Source of the DNA: Phycisphaerales bacterium
Lineage (GTDB): Bacteria > Planctomycetota > Phycisphaerae > UBA1845
DNA length: 64,000 nt
Assembly: GCA_020852275.1 (NCBI GenBank)
Contig: JADZBE010000031.1
Location: 49,250-113,249 of the forward strand
Direction of reading: 5' to 3'
Part shown: piece after piece, positions 19,087-29,420 of the stretch
Position numbering within the stretch: position 1 is the stretch's first letter
Layout of the letters: every line of letters begins with the position of its first letter
Made by a program: the position numbers and the translations under genes
Notes under the pieces: model-generated
The model's database searches: none
Told to the model about the DNA's origin: nothing
Seen by the model: the letters and a program-made list of their open reading frames with translations, nothing else

Positions 19087-21246
19087 CTATTCCCGGAACT
19101 CCGGCGGGAGCTTGTCGAGGCGGTTGAGCCGGCGGTACGTCTCCACCATGGCCTGCCTGAAAGCCACGGGCTTCATCCATTCCACGTGCGAATCGCAGAA
19201 GAGCACGTGGGTCCCCTCGTTGTCGATCGGCTTCTCGTAGGCCAGCACGTTTCGCGCATCGCTCGCAGCCGTTTGCCCGTCGAGGTAAACATAGGAGCGC
19301 CCGCCGGTCGGGTCGCGCGGGGAGTGCAGCATTGGCTCGGTGATCGTCCCGGATTCAACCAGCGCGTCGAGTGACGCCGGGAATTTCTCCTCGTTGTCGC
19401 TCGCATAAACCATGCAGCCTGCCCCGATGCCGCGCAGGTTCGATGCGCTGACCTGGCGCTTGGCCTGCTCCCGCGCCCGCGCCAGCGACGGCAGCAGGAT
19501 CGAGGCCAGCATCGTCGTGCTCGTAAGACCCCCGTTGGAGGACAGGATCAGCGCCGCCGGGTGCGCGCCGTAGGCCGAGTACATGAGTCCGTCCGCGTCA
19601 TACGAGTGCGCCGCGATGAAGTTGTGAATCCCGGCGTACTCCTCTGGAAACGGCGGCACCGAGCCGAGATCAAACGGCGTTTCCGAAACGGCCGTCAGCG
19701 AGGCCGCCATGGTGTGCGCCGCTTCCCTGAGCGCGTACCAGAATCGGTAGGTGGCGCGCGTGTCGGCATACGCGAGGCTGGTGATGTCCTTCGGCAGGCG
19801 TGGGCGGACGAGCTTGTAGTCCGGGTGATCAATCAGGCTCTCGCCGCGGGTCTTCGCGTCCGCCTGGTCGAGCGCCACGGCCACGGTCTGCGGATGCAGT
19901 CCGATCACGAACCGGTCGCCGGCAAAGCCCCACGACGGCGCCACCGGAACCGGCAGCCCGCCCAGCAGAAGGTAGTTCACCTCCCGCCCGCCGTGCTTCA
20001 TCTGCCTGATGCGCAAACCGACCTTTCCCATCGCGGCCATGGGCGTGAGGAATTGCACGGTCTTGCCGATCATGCCGTTGAGCGCGGCGGAGTCCTTCGT
20101 TTCGCCGCAGAGCACCAGCCCCGTGATGAGGATTCCGCCGTGGCTTGGAGCATCGTAGATCGCCCACGTGTCGCCGAAATTGGCGAGCAGATCGTTGACG
20201 GGATGAAAACCGAACATGAGCGACGCCTGCGTCACGGCGGCCTCGACGGCGGCGCGCGGCTCCGGCGACACCTGGTCAGCCGCCTTGAGGCCTTCCTGCC
20301 ACAGCGCGGAAAAGTCGAAGTTGCTCACCGCGGCGAAGGAGGCGTCCTTGGGGACCAGGCGGACATCGTCGTCCGTGAGCGGCTTCTGGCGATACAGCGA
20401 AACGATGCCGCCCGCCTCGCCTTCGACCTGCGTGAACGCGACGATGCGCGGACCGTACGGCGACTCGTCCACGCGCAGGTACACGCTCCGCAGCGCACTG
20501 ATGCCCATGGCCGTGAAGACCTTCTCCTGAAGCGCCGCCTCGTCGGGGGCGAGCGGCTCAAGCGAGTTCACCAGCCGGAGGAGCGCCGGCACCTGCGCGA
20601 AGAACGTGAGCGCGAAGCCCTTGCCCGCGGGCTCGAACTTGGAGCACGCGAGCTTGTACCCGGGCGAGTCCGCCAGCGAACCGCTGGAGGCCGACGTCAT
20701 CCCCACAAGACGTGCGGCCGTGGCCTCGCACGCGCCGATGACGAGGTGCTCTTTCACGGCGCCGAAGTAGAGCGCGCCGCCGGGCACGTCGGCGCGCATG
20801 AGCGACGCGTCGCCGACCGGCGCGCGGACCGGCGCCTGCCCGCCGTGCAGCGCCGTGACCAGCTCCGCCAGCTTGGCTGTAAGCGGCTCGGCGCCCGCTC
20901 CTGCGTGGATGACGGCGCCCAGCCCTTCGGCGAACGGTCGGTCCGGAGGCGCGGGGAGGAGCACGAGCGCGCCGGGATGTGCCAGCATCATGCGCAGCAC
21001 GGCGCAGACTCGGCGGACATGAGCGCCCTCCGGTCCCATCTCCTGCTGCACGGGCGGCGAGGCGAGCACCGCCTCCGTCAGCCCGACGAGCGACTGCCCG
21101 TCGTTGGGCACATCCGTCCAGCCGAGGTAAATCAGCGCGTCGGCCGGCGTGCGCGACGCAAGCTCGCCTGCGTTCGTCGAGAGCGAGGAGGCGCCGAGCG
21201 CGAGACCGAAGACCCCCATTGCGAAACGGCGGTACTTGATGGTCAT
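19087..21246 (-). CDS. Secreted DUF3352-like protein fused to a C-terminal DUF1559 / H-X9-DG-type pilin-like module
   Basis: Signal peptide, repeated 'VP.DA' domains, then ILLPSLARAREQAKRQVSASNLRGIG...YASDNEEKFP...GTHVLFCDSHVEW. Confidence 0.75.
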   Translation of the reverse strand: MTIKYRRFAMGVFGLALGASSLSTNAGELASRTPADALIYLGWTDVPNDGQSLVGLTEAVLASPPVQQEMGPEGAHVRRVCAVLRMMLAHPGALVLLPAPPDRPFAEGLGAVIHAGAGAEPLTAKLAELVTALHGGQAPVRAPVGDASLMRADVPGGALYFGAVKEHLVIGACEATAARLVGMTSASSGSLADSPGYKLACSKFEPAGKGFALTFFAQVPALLRLVNSLEPLAPDEAALQEKVFTAMGISALRSVYLRVDESPYGPRIVAFTQVEGEAGGIVSLYRQKPLTDDDVRLVPKDASFAAVSNFDFSALWQEGLKAADQVSPEPRAAVEAAVTQASLMFGFHPVNDLLANFGDTWAIYDAPSHGGILITGLVLCGETKDSAALNGMIGKTVQFLTPMAAMGKVGLRIRQMKHGGREVNYLLLGGLPVPVAPSWGFAGDRFVIGLHPQTVAVALDQADAKTRGESLIDHPDYKLVRPRLPKDITSLAYADTRATYRFWYALREAAHTMAASLTAVSETPFDLGSVPPFPEEYAGIHNFIAAHSYDADGLMYSAYGAHPAALILSSNGGLTSTTMLASILLPSLARAREQAKRQVSASNLRGIGAGCMVYASDNEEKFPASLDALVESGTITEPMLHSPRDPTGGRSYVYLDGQTAASDARNVLAYEKPIDNEGTHVLFCDSHVEWMKPVAFRQAMVETYRRLNRLDKLPPEFRE

Positions 21247-21619
21247 GTGACTAAGCTCCCTTGCGGCTCAGGCATTGCCTTGCGGCAGGCCGCGCGCGTC
21301 TGTGGATCGTCGGGCGACCCGCGGCGGGTCTCTTGCCGCAGCTCTGATGAGTATCCGCGTCCGTCTTGCGGCGTCAACGAAGCAAGACCAGAGGGGTCTG
21401 GCCACGGATTTTGGCATTTCCGTTCGAGCCACGTCCGATTTCGATTTCGCCCAGTGCGGCTCGACCCATTCTCCGAGGTCGAGTGGACTCGATCGCCGAA
21501 GCCGAGTCAGCCCGATCTTTGAAGCCGAGTCGGTCGTTCTCCGCAGCCGCCGCTCGCTCTCCAGCACCGACCCGGTAGCATGAAGCGCCATCGACGTCAC
21601 GCAGGCAAAACCCGCTCGC

Positions 21620-22444
21620 ATGTATCCGGCATACAACACCAACGGTCTGGCCTTCCATCCGCTTGAGGATGCGTTGTCCCTTATCGCCGAGGAGGGATTT
21701 CGCGGAGTGGGACTGACGCTGGACCACCATCATCTGGACCCGCGCGACCGGGCGGCGGCGCTGCGCGGAGCGGAGAAGGTGCGCGCGATGCTGGAGCGGC
21801 TCGGGCTGCGGGCGACGATCGAGACGGGCGCGCGGTTCATCCTCGACTCGCGGCGCAAACACCAGCCCACGCTGATCAGCGCCGATCCCGGCGCTCGCGC
21901 GCGGCGGATCAAGCTCCTTGAAACGGCCGTGCTGGTCTGCGAGGCGCTGAGCGCTGAATGCGTGTCGCTGTGGTCGGGCGCGGCCGACGTCGCGGCGCCG
22001 CCAAGTGAACTGGAGGCGCGACTGGCGGCCGGGCTGAAGGGCTTGCTCGAGTTCGCCGAGCCGCGCGGCGTGCGGCTGGCGTTCGAGCCGGAGCCGGGGA
22101 TGTTCGTTGAGACGGTGGCACAATACGAACGGCTGGCCTCGGCGATCGACCATCCGCGTTTCGGGCTGACGCTGGACGTCAACCATGTGCACTGCCTGGC
22201 GGACGGGGACTTCGGGGAGCACGCCCGCCGGCACGCGGCGAGGTTGTGGAACGTGCACGTGTCCGACGCGCGGCGCGGCGCGCATGAGCACCTTGTTCCG
22301 GGGGAAGGTGAAGTGGATTTTCGTGCCATCCGCGCGGCACTGGAGTCCGTGTCCTACGCCGGGCCTTTCCAGCTCGAACTCTCGCGACACGGGCATGACG
22401 CCGTCAACGTGATGCGCGCGGCGCTGAAGCGGCTCAATGCTTGA
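21620..22444 (+). CDS. Sugar phosphate isomerase/epimerase (xylose isomerase-like TIM barrel)
   Basis: YNTNGL, LTLDHHHLDP, IETGARF, LAFEPEPGMFV, LTLDVNH, HVSD...HEHLVPGEGEVDF, LELSRH. Confidence 0.88.
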   Translation: MYPAYNTNGLAFHPLEDALSLIAEEGFRGVGLTLDHHHLDPRDRAAALRGAEKVRAMLERLGLRATIETGARFILDSRRKHQPTLISADPGARARRIKLLETAVLVCEALSAECVSLWSGAADVAAPPSELEARLAAGLKGLLEFAEPRGVRLAFEPEPGMFVETVAQYERLASAIDHPRFGLTLDVNHVHCLADGDFGEHARRHAARLWNVHVSDARRGAHEHLVPGEGEVDFRAIRAALESVSYAGPFQLELSRHGHDAVNVMRAALKRLNA

Positions 22445-22557
22445 GGGCGTATTCCCGCTCGCGCCTCGCAGGGGCGCGGCGACCGTCCAAAGACCGCCCA
22501 CTGGCGGGCGCGCGCCACCGGCGTAGCGCGGGAGGACTCGGAAGTCCGCGTGGAGAC

Positions 22558-22660
22558 TGTCACCCCCGCGCAGGCGAAGGTCCAGGGCGCGTCACCAAAC
22601 CGCTGGATTCCCGCCTGCGCGGGGATGACGGGTCGGATTCCTGCCCCCGCGGGAACGATG
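22558..22660. repeat. CGTC-tagged REP composite 2 (B forward, 2 x A reverse)
   Basis: tgtcacccccgcgcaggcgaaggtccag ... ctggattcccgcctgcgcggggatgacg ... cggattcctgcccccgcgggaacgatg; lies between convergent genes. Confidence 0.8.
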
Positions 22661-22711
22661 AGTGTCGCCCCTCGTCACGGTCTGCCAGGCACACAGGCTC
22701 CGCGGAAGCGG

Positions 22712-23611
22712 TCAATCCTGCGCGCTGGCGACGGCGTCGAATGGCGCTGAATCCACGCCGACGTTGAGCCGCACCTGCGTCAGAATGTAACTGCCCAGCA
22801 GTTGCGCGCGCTCGTCGTCCGCGTAGGTGATGCACGCCGACGGCACGAGCCACTCCTGATCGATGTGCAGAATCATCAGGCGATCCGGGTAGGCGCCGCC
22901 CTCGCCCGTGTAGGGAAGCCGCCGCTCGAAAGTGAACGTATCGCGGCCGTCCAGCCGCCCCGGACCGGTGTAGGTCAACCGATACTGTGGATCGCCGACG
23001 GCCAGGCGCGCGTACTTGATGACCAGGTCGAGCGTGTTCTTGAACCCGAACTGATCGAGCGAGCGGCGCGAGTCTTTCCGCGCCTGGTCGCCGTGGATGC
23101 TCAGCTTGATCTCCGGGACGAGCAGACTGATGACGCCCGACGGCTTGAACGATGCAAGCTCCGCGCCGTCGTCATCCTTCCAGCGCCCGGCCACGTACGT
23201 CGCCTCCACGGCGGCGCCGGGGTTCTTCACCCACTTCATGTGCACGCTGAACGGCGACTCGCGGAATTGAACGTCGATCTCCTGCTCGACCCCCAACTCG
23301 CCGCTGACGCGCTCCTGCTTGAGAAAGCGGCATCGATAGTCGTGAATCGTCTTGTCATAGGCGGCGCGGCACTCATCGAGAAACGCCAGCGGATCCGCCT
23401 TGGCCCGGGTCTCAAGCTCCAAACACGCCGAGTTCGCGGGGGACAAGGTCGCGGCGGACAGACCCGGACCGGTCAGCATCGACACGCCCCGAGGCGCCTC
23501 GCGGCACTGAATGACCGCGACCAGGCAGCTCAGCAGGCCTACCCGAAGAACTCGCCGCAATGCCCGGGGGATGGCATCGCCCGAGAAACGAGTCGTACGC
23601 GGTAAAACCAA
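22712..23611 (-). CDS. DUF1571 domain-containing exported protein (start uncertain)
   Basis: DYRCRFLKQERVSGEL...VQFRESPFSVHMKW, SLDQFGF, ILHIDQEWLVP...LLGSYILTQVRLNVG. Confidence 0.75.
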   Translation of the reverse strand: MVLPRTTRFSGDAIPRALRRVLRVGLLSCLVAVIQCREAPRGVSMLTGPGLSAATLSPANSACLELETRAKADPLAFLDECRAAYDKTIHDYRCRFLKQERVSGELGVEQEIDVQFRESPFSVHMKWVKNPGAAVEATYVAGRWKDDDGAELASFKPSGVISLLVPEIKLSIHGDQARKDSRRSLDQFGFKNTLDLVIKYARLAVGDPQYRLTYTGPGRLDGRDTFTFERRLPYTGEGGAYPDRLMILHIDQEWLVPSACITYADDERAQLLGSYILTQVRLNVGVDSAPFDAVASAQD

Positions 23612-23923
23612 AGCGATCCCCTTCGTTGTCCGTAGCTCCGGGCGACGTGCATCCCGGACAGGATGCTACCCGGTCTTCGGCAGATTCGTCCGTCGTCGAT
23701 GGACGCGCTCCCATCGTTAACATCGGATGCCATGAATCGAGTGCAACACCCAATCCGCAGCGGCCGCGACTTCCCTGTCATGAACCTTGGGGTCCGTCTA
23801 GCTCTCCGACCCGTTCGAACCAGAGCATAGCATGTAACCTTCGATCTGTCAGCAGGTCAGATGCAGAAACCCCTCAGGTATTCGAAGCAGGAAGGTGGAA
23901 GGTTGCATCTCCCTGTGGTTTAA

Positions 23924-25012
23924 TTATTCAATTGTGGGAGGCAGGAGTATCCGAATCTGCACGCCCGCCCCCAGTTTCGAGCTTGCCTCAATACTTCCGC
24001 CAAGCCCGCGCACGATTCCGTAGACGATGGACAGCCCCAAGCCGCTGTGACCCGTCGCATCCATCGGCTCACCAGCGCGGAAGAACGGCTCGAACACGCG
24101 CGACAGCACCTCCGGCGGCAGACCACGGCCTGAGTCCTCCACGACGATCACGCGACGGCCCCGCTCTTCACCGAGCCGTACGCCGAGCCGCCCGCCGCCG
24201 GGCATGGCCTCAATGGCGTTCTGAATCAGTTGCCGCAGGACCGTGAGCATCGGCAGGCGCGGCGCCTCCAGCGCGATGCGAGCATCTACCTCGACGGCGA
24301 GCTTGATGCCCGCCGTCATGCAGCGCTCGCGGAACTCCAGCTCCGTCTGGCGAAGGATGTCCTTGATGTCGGCGGTGCGATCCCCGCGCCGGTCTCCTTC
24401 GGCAAACGAGAGCAAGCCGCGTACCAGGTGCGCCGCGCGGGCAGACGAGGCGGCGGTTTTCTCCAGCGCCTCGCGCAGCATGCCCTCGTCTCCGGCGGCG
24501 AGAGCGAAGTCCACCGTGGTCGTAATGCCGCCCAGGATGTTGTTGAAATGGTGCGCGACGGCGCCGGCCATGTCGCCCAGCGCGTTCATCTTGTGCGACT
24601 CGGCGACGCGGCGCTCGGCCTCGAAGCGGCGCGTGATGTCGCGCGCGGAGAGGAGCACGCCGCGGGTCCGGGCGTCGGGGGAGATGAGCGGCGTGATGTT
24701 CGCAGCCAGCTCTCGAAAGCGACCGTGCTCGTCGGGGTAGCGGAACTCCAGATCGCTGCTTTCCCGAAGGTCCAGCGCCCGGCGAAACGCCTGCTCCGCC
24801 GCCGCGCGCGCCTCCGCGGGGATCAGCGCCGGAAGCGCCGTGTGCAGCATGGCCTCGGAGGCGGCGCCAAATACATGCGCGGACGCCCGGTTCCACAGCC
24901 GGACCTTCAGGCGTTCGTCCGCCGCGATGAGCGCGATGCCGGCGGAAGAGAGCACGGCCTGCAGGAACGACGCGTCGTCGTGGGCGAACCAGTCTGAGCC
25001 GGTGGTGGTCAT
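23924..25012 (-). CDS. PAS-domain sensor histidine kinase (no receiver domain)
   Basis: PAS (LWNRASAHVFG...RDIT), H-box GAVAHHFNNILGGI, N-box QLIQNAIEAM, G1 VEDSGRG, F box VFEPFF, G2 SGLGLSIVYGIV. Confidence 0.92.
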   Translation of the reverse strand: MTTTGSDWFAHDDASFLQAVLSSAGIALIAADERLKVRLWNRASAHVFGAASEAMLHTALPALIPAEARAAAEQAFRRALDLRESSDLEFRYPDEHGRFRELAANITPLISPDARTRGVLLSARDITRRFEAERRVAESHKMNALGDMAGAVAHHFNNILGGITTTVDFALAAGDEGMLREALEKTAASSARAAHLVRGLLSFAEGDRRGDRTADIKDILRQTELEFRERCMTAGIKLAVEVDARIALEAPRLPMLTVLRQLIQNAIEAMPGGGRLGVRLGEERGRRVIVVEDSGRGLPPEVLSRVFEPFFRAGEPMDATGHSGLGLSIVYGIVRGLGGSIEASSKLGAGVQIRILLPPTIE

Positions 25013-25289
25013 AGGTTTGAGCGAGCGAAGCGCCCGCGCTCGCACGGATCCGCGCTCGCTTGGATTCGCGACGCGCGGGGCGATGCCCAGTTTTCGGGCG
25101 CGTGCCCGAACGAATCATGGCCCGTGCCGCCCATTCCCCCGGCGCGAGCGACCCTATTCTTCCGCGCCTCGTCGCGGCGTCAACGTGCGCTCCGCGTCCT
25201 GCGGAGTTCGCAATCCGCCCGACTGGGCCATCTGGGCGCCAGGTGCGTGCGGAATCGATGCCTCGACTCGCACGGAGTGGCAAGGCTTG

Positions 25290-25448
25290 CCCTTACGGCG
25301 CAAGCGTGAATCCAGCCCCATCGTTCCCGCGCAGGCGAGAATCCCATCCGTCATTCCCGCGCAGGCGAGAATCCCATCCGTCATTCCCGCGCAGGCGGGA
25401 ATCCAGCGGCCTTGCGGTGATCCCTGGACCCCACCTGCGTGGGGGGCG
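25290..25448. repeat. CGTC-tagged REP composite 3 (3-4 x A forward at 30-bp period, B reverse)
   Basis: tccgtcattcccgcgcaggcg(a/g)gaatcc tandem copies at about 25319, 25349 and 25379, plus a degenerate copy at 25290; reverse ctggaccccacctgcgtggggggcg at 25424. Confidence 0.9.
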
Positions 25449-25753
25449 TTGCGCAGAACTCATTGCGAGATCCGCCGCGAAAGATCGAGCGTGGAGCGCG
25501 CTTGGGGCAGGTAGCTCCCTTGCTGTGGGTCAGGTCGCAGCGCGTGCGAGCAGGGTCGCGGAGGCAATCGGCGCCCTGCGGTCGCGCGCTACCGAGTGGC
25601 GACTTCGATGCTCGCAACACCTTGTAAAAAAGACACTTCCGGCGGCGTGGGAGATTCGCCGATTCGTGGCACACGTCATGCTCATGCACGATCACGCAAC
25701 ACGGATGCTGGTTCGAAGAGAACAGGTGTGTCGGCGTGAGGAGGGCGAGGGCG

Positions 25754-26302
25754 ATGACTGGAACGACCAGAGGACGCAGCGGGGCGGGGCGGCGATGGGC
25801 ACGTCGGATCATGGGGCTGCTTGCCGTCCTGACAGCGGTGGCATTGCCCTATGCGTGCGGCGGATTGCCGTCGGAGTTTTCAGATCCTGCGGGGTTCTTC
25901 GCCGACCTGCTCGGCTCGCGCGAGGACGGCAACCAGAACGTAAGCGCCGACGATTCGGGCGACGATGCCATCGAGAATGACAACGCCGGCGCCGACGACG
26001 GCGCAAACGACAACGAAGACGGCGACGACAACGAGGACGACTCGGAAGGCGGCAACGACAACGTGGACGGCGACGACGGCGCAAACGACAACGAAGACGG
26101 CGCCAACGAGAACGGCAATGACGATTCCGGCGATGACGCCGGGAACGACAACGCGGGCGAGGACGACAACGCGAACGACAATGCCGAATCCGGCGACAAC
26201 GACAACGGCTCGGACGACGGCAATGTCAACGATAATGAGACGGACGACGACGGTGGCGGCGACAACGGCGGGGGCAACGGCAACGACAACGACCGCCCCT
26301 AG
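25754..26302 (+). CDS. Putative lipoprotein with a long Asp/Asn/Gly-rich low-complexity tail
   Basis: Basic n-region, hydrophobic h-region, LPYAC|G; about 120 aa of NDN/DDG repeats including a ~31-bp internal direct repeat. Confidence 0.75.
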   Translation: MTGTTRGRSGAGRRWARRIMGLLAVLTAVALPYACGGLPSEFSDPAGFFADLLGSREDGNQNVSADDSGDDAIENDNAGADDGANDNEDGDDNEDDSEGGNDNVDGDDGANDNEDGANENGNDDSGDDAGNDNAGEDDNANDNAESGDNDNGSDDGNVNDNETDDDGGGDNGGGNGNDNDRP

Positions 26303-26451
26303 ACGTCACTGACCCAACGATTTCCACGTAGGGCGGGCTATGCCCACCTCCGCGTCGGGCAGGCCAGACCCGCCGCACCGTGGCGTCCTGGAAGGCGGGC
26401 ATGGCCCGCCCTACGCAAGTCGCGTGCAACCAGAAAAGCAGGCACCGCGAC

Positions 26452-26575
26452 AAGCGGGTAACGCAACAACCGGGCAATGCGACGAACGGGCAATGCAGCA
26501 ACCGGGCAATGCGACGAACGGGCAACGCGACGAACCGGCAACGGACCCACGGATAACGGGCAACGCTGCGAACCA
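26452..26575. repeat. 16-bp tandem repeat (about 7 units, 32-bp higher-order period)
   Basis: aaccgggcaatgcgac / gaacgggcaatgcagc / aaccgggcaatgcgac / gaacgggcaacgcgac / gaaccggcaacggacc, just upstream of the sulfatase RBS. Confidence 0.85.
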
Positions 26576-26605
26576 CGAACACGGAACGGGAGAAGGAGCC
26601 GGACC

Positions 26606-28045
26606 ATGCGATTCAAGGACCTAACCAGTCCGACAGGGAGGAGACGGGGGGCTATTCTTCCTCTCCTGTCATGGGTCGCGTGGCCGGCTCTTTCCCCGGT
26701 CCAAGGCAGCGAGCGTCCCAACATCATCCTGATCTCCGTGGACACGCTTCGCGCGGATCACCTGAGCTGCTACGGATATGAGCGAGAGACAACGCCCTTC
26801 ATCGACTCGCTGGCGCGCAAGGGCGTGCGCTTCGAGAATGCCTTCGCCAACGCGTCCTGGACGCTTCCTTCGCATCTGAGCGTGATGACCTCGCGCTATC
26901 CGCACAACCACGGAGTTGAGAACGACGACCGCATCCTCCCCGCCGCCGCCGTGACGCTGGCGGAGGCGCTGAAAGCCGAGGGCTACGCGACCACGGCGTT
27001 CATCAGTTGGGTGTACGTCTCGGCGCAGTTCGGCTTCGACCAGGGCTTCGACGCCTATCACGAGCTGCTGCCCGCCGAGGAGGCCGTGGACGACTCGACT
27101 CATGCGGCGGTCAAGGCCGAGGACTTCGTGAGCAGGGTGCTGCCGTGGGCGGACGGCGCGGGCAAGCAGCCGTTCTTCCTCTTCCTGCACCTGTTCGATC
27201 CGCACATCAACTACGAGCCGCCGAAGCCGTACGAGACGATGTTCGCTCCAACGCGGGAGTCGATGCTGAAAGGCTCGTTCTCGAATCTCGAACCCTACAT
27301 TCGCGGCCTGCATGCACAACCGAAGCGAATTCTCCCTGAAGACCTGCGGAGAATGACGGGGCTGTATGACGGCGAGATCCGCTACGTGGACGACCAGCTC
27401 CGCCGGCTCTTTGCCCGCCTGGAGGAGCGCGGGCTCCTCGCCAACACGATCATCGCGCTGACCAGCGACCACGGCGAGGAGCTGGACGACCACGGCTCGA
27501 TGGAAGGCCACCAATGGACTCTCTATGACGAAGTTCTTCACGTCCCGCTGATCGTGTGCCTTCCGCGAGGGGAAAGCGGCGGCACGGTCGCCCGGAGCCT
27601 GGCGCAGTCGATCGACATCGCGCCAACGCTCCTGGCGGCCGCGGGCGCGACGGTCCCGGCGGAGTTTCAGGGGCGCAACCTGCTTGCGGCGTCGGCGGCG
27701 TCGGAGTCCTACGGCGCGCTGGTGTTCAGCGAGATCAAGCGATTTAACCGGAAGTGGTCGGTGCGCAACGAGCGCTACAAGCTGATTTTCACCGGAGACC
27801 GCAAGCCCGGCGACCGCGACGAGCACGCGCGGCAGGGCTACGAACTCTACGATCTCGCCGGCGATCCCGGTGAGACGAAAAACATCTATTCCCAGATTCC
27901 GCCGATGGCGGCTGCGATGCGCAGCGCCCTGCGCCGCTGGATGGCTGACGGCGTGGGGACGCAGGGAAACTTTGAAAAACCCGCGCTGACCGACCGGCAG
28001 TTGGCGCGGCTCCGCGGCATGGGGTACGTGGAAAAGAGCGAGTAA
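26606..28045 (+). CDS. Sulfatase-like alkaline-phosphatase-superfamily protein (Thr-type WTLPSH motif)
   Basis: AAGGAG RBS; PNIILISVDTLRADHLSCYGY.RETTPFID, ANASWTLPSH, FLHLFDPH..Y, YDGEIRYVD, TSDHGEEL..HG, LYDEVLHVPLI. Confidence 0.9.
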   Translation: MRFKDLTSPTGRRRGAILPLLSWVAWPALSPVQGSERPNIILISVDTLRADHLSCYGYERETTPFIDSLARKGVRFENAFANASWTLPSHLSVMTSRYPHNHGVENDDRILPAAAVTLAEALKAEGYATTAFISWVYVSAQFGFDQGFDAYHELLPAEEAVDDSTHAAVKAEDFVSRVLPWADGAGKQPFFLFLHLFDPHINYEPPKPYETMFAPTRESMLKGSFSNLEPYIRGLHAQPKRILPEDLRRMTGLYDGEIRYVDDQLRRLFARLEERGLLANTIIALTSDHGEELDDHGSMEGHQWTLYDEVLHVPLIVCLPRGESGGTVARSLAQSIDIAPTLLAAAGATVPAEFQGRNLLAASAASESYGALVFSEIKRFNRKWSVRNERYKLIFTGDRKPGDRDEHARQGYELYDLAGDPGETKNIYSQIPPMAAAMRSALRRWMADGVGTQGNFEKPALTDRQLARLRGMGYVEKSE

Positions 28046-28060
28046 GAATGCCCGTGGCTG

Positions 28061-28137
28061 GGTGCACAGGTTGGAAAACCTGTGCACCATCCACCGGTTG
28101 GAAACCGGTGCCACACATTGAGAAACCTGTGCATCAC
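28061..28137 (-). repeat. Tandem GTGG/ATGG-tagged REP-like hairpins (CAC(A/C)GGTT...AACC(T/G)GTG)
   Basis: ggtgcacaggtt-ggaa-aacctgtgcacc (12-bp stem), caccggtt-gga-aaccggtg-ccac, and a third partial copy. Confidence 0.8.
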
Positions 28138-28202
28138 GAGGGAGAGACCGTGGTGCGTACACCGGCGGAAGACCGCTGCCACACGTTGAGGAGTTGAACG
28201 TC

Positions 28203-29066
28203 ATGAGTCAGTCAAAACCGGCGCCGATCAGCCTGTCCGTCTTCTATCCGTGCTACAACGAAGAGGCGAACGTGGAACGCGTCACGCTCTCGGCGCTGAT
28301 GGCCTGCGAGAGGCTGGTCGAGGATTATGAGATCATCATCGTCAACGACGGCAGCAAGGACCGCACGGGCGACATCGCCGAGCGGCTGGCCTGCGAGCAT
28401 GAGCGCGTCCGCGCCGTGCACAACCGCCCCAACCGCGGCTACGGCGGGGCGCTGCAGCGCGGCTTCCGCGAGGCGACCAAGGACTGGGTCTTCTACACCG
28501 ACGGCGACGGGCAGTTTGATTTCGAGGAGCTGGAGCTGCTGCTGCCGCTGATGAGCCGCTTCGACATCATCAGCGCCTACCGCCTCAACCGGCAGGATCC
28601 GCTGATGCGCAGGCTCAACGCCTTCTGCTGGACGACGCTGGTCAACACGATGTTCCACATGCGGATCCGCGACATCGACTGCGCGTTCAAGCTGTATCCG
28701 CGGCGGCTCTTCGATGAGATCGAGATGCGCTCGACGGGCGCGCTGATCGACACGGAAATCCTCGCCCGGGCGACGCGCCTGGGCTACTCGATCGGGCAGA
28801 TCGGCGTCCACCACTATCCGCGGACGGCCGGCGCGCAGACCGGCGCGAACTTCAAGGTGATCCTGCGGGCGTTCAAGGAGCTGTTCGCGCTGCGGAAGCA
28901 CATTCTGACCACGGGCCGCCGCGCAAAGCAGGACGTGGGCGGACGTGCCGCCCACGCCGCCTCGGTCGCGCCGGCGCGGGGAACGCAGCCCACTCACCGT
29001 ACTGCTTCAGCAACCTCGGGCCACGCCGCGACCGCGCCCGTGCTGGTTCACGCGCGGAGCCGCTGA
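28203..29066 (+). CDS. GT2 glycosyltransferase (polyprenol-phosphate sugar transferase-like)
   Basis: SVFYPCYNEEANV, IIVNDGSKDRTG, NRGYGGAL..GF, YTDGDGQF, RDIDCAFKL, DTEILARA. Confidence 0.93.
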   Translation: MSQSKPAPISLSVFYPCYNEEANVERVTLSALMACERLVEDYEIIIVNDGSKDRTGDIAERLACEHERVRAVHNRPNRGYGGALQRGFREATKDWVFYTDGDGQFDFEELELLLPLMSRFDIISAYRLNRQDPLMRRLNAFCWTTLVNTMFHMRIRDIDCAFKLYPRRLFDEIEMRSTGALIDTEILARATRLGYSIGQIGVHHYPRTAGAQTGANFKVILRAFKELFALRKHILTTGRRAKQDVGGRAAHAASVAPARGTQPTHRTASATSGHAATAPVLVHARSR

Positions 29067-29282
29067 GCCACTGATAACCGAAACTTCCTCCTCTCACTCG
29101 CACGGCCGAGCCTGCACCACGTGGGTCCGACCGTGCGAGCTTTTTCATCTTCACACGCAGGCCCTTCGACCTGGCCAAGCGCGGGGCTTGAGGCACAAGG
29201 CGGCGAGCACTCCCGGCGCGCCTCTCGGCGCCGCCTCGGGCAGCGCGGCTTCCTCAACAGACCGTGGTGAAAGGCGACCGGT

Positions 29283-29384
29283 CGTCATGCTCGCGAAGGC
29301 GGGAATCCAGACGGGGACTTCCGAGAGGCACGAAACCAGCGAGTTTCCGGGGCCGACTGGACCTCCGCCTGCGCGGGGGTGACG
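29283..29384. repeat. CGTC-tagged REP composite 4 (A forward, B reverse)
   Basis: cgtcatgctcgcgaaggcgggaatccag ... ctggacctccgcctgcgcgggggtgacg; lies between convergent genes. Confidence 0.85.
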
Positions 29385-29420
29385 GGACCAACGCCCGGCT
29401 TCGAGTTTCACCACAGTCTG

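Noticed and set aside
23700-23925. Riboswitch or sRNA in the lower-GC gap (agatgca...tgcatct stem)
   Set aside because: Only one short stem and no recognisable family motif; too weak to call.
25290-25448. CRISPR array
   Set aside because: The 30-bp units are directly adjacent with no unique spacers, belong to a dispersed REP family, and no cas genes are present. The same applies to 26452-26575.
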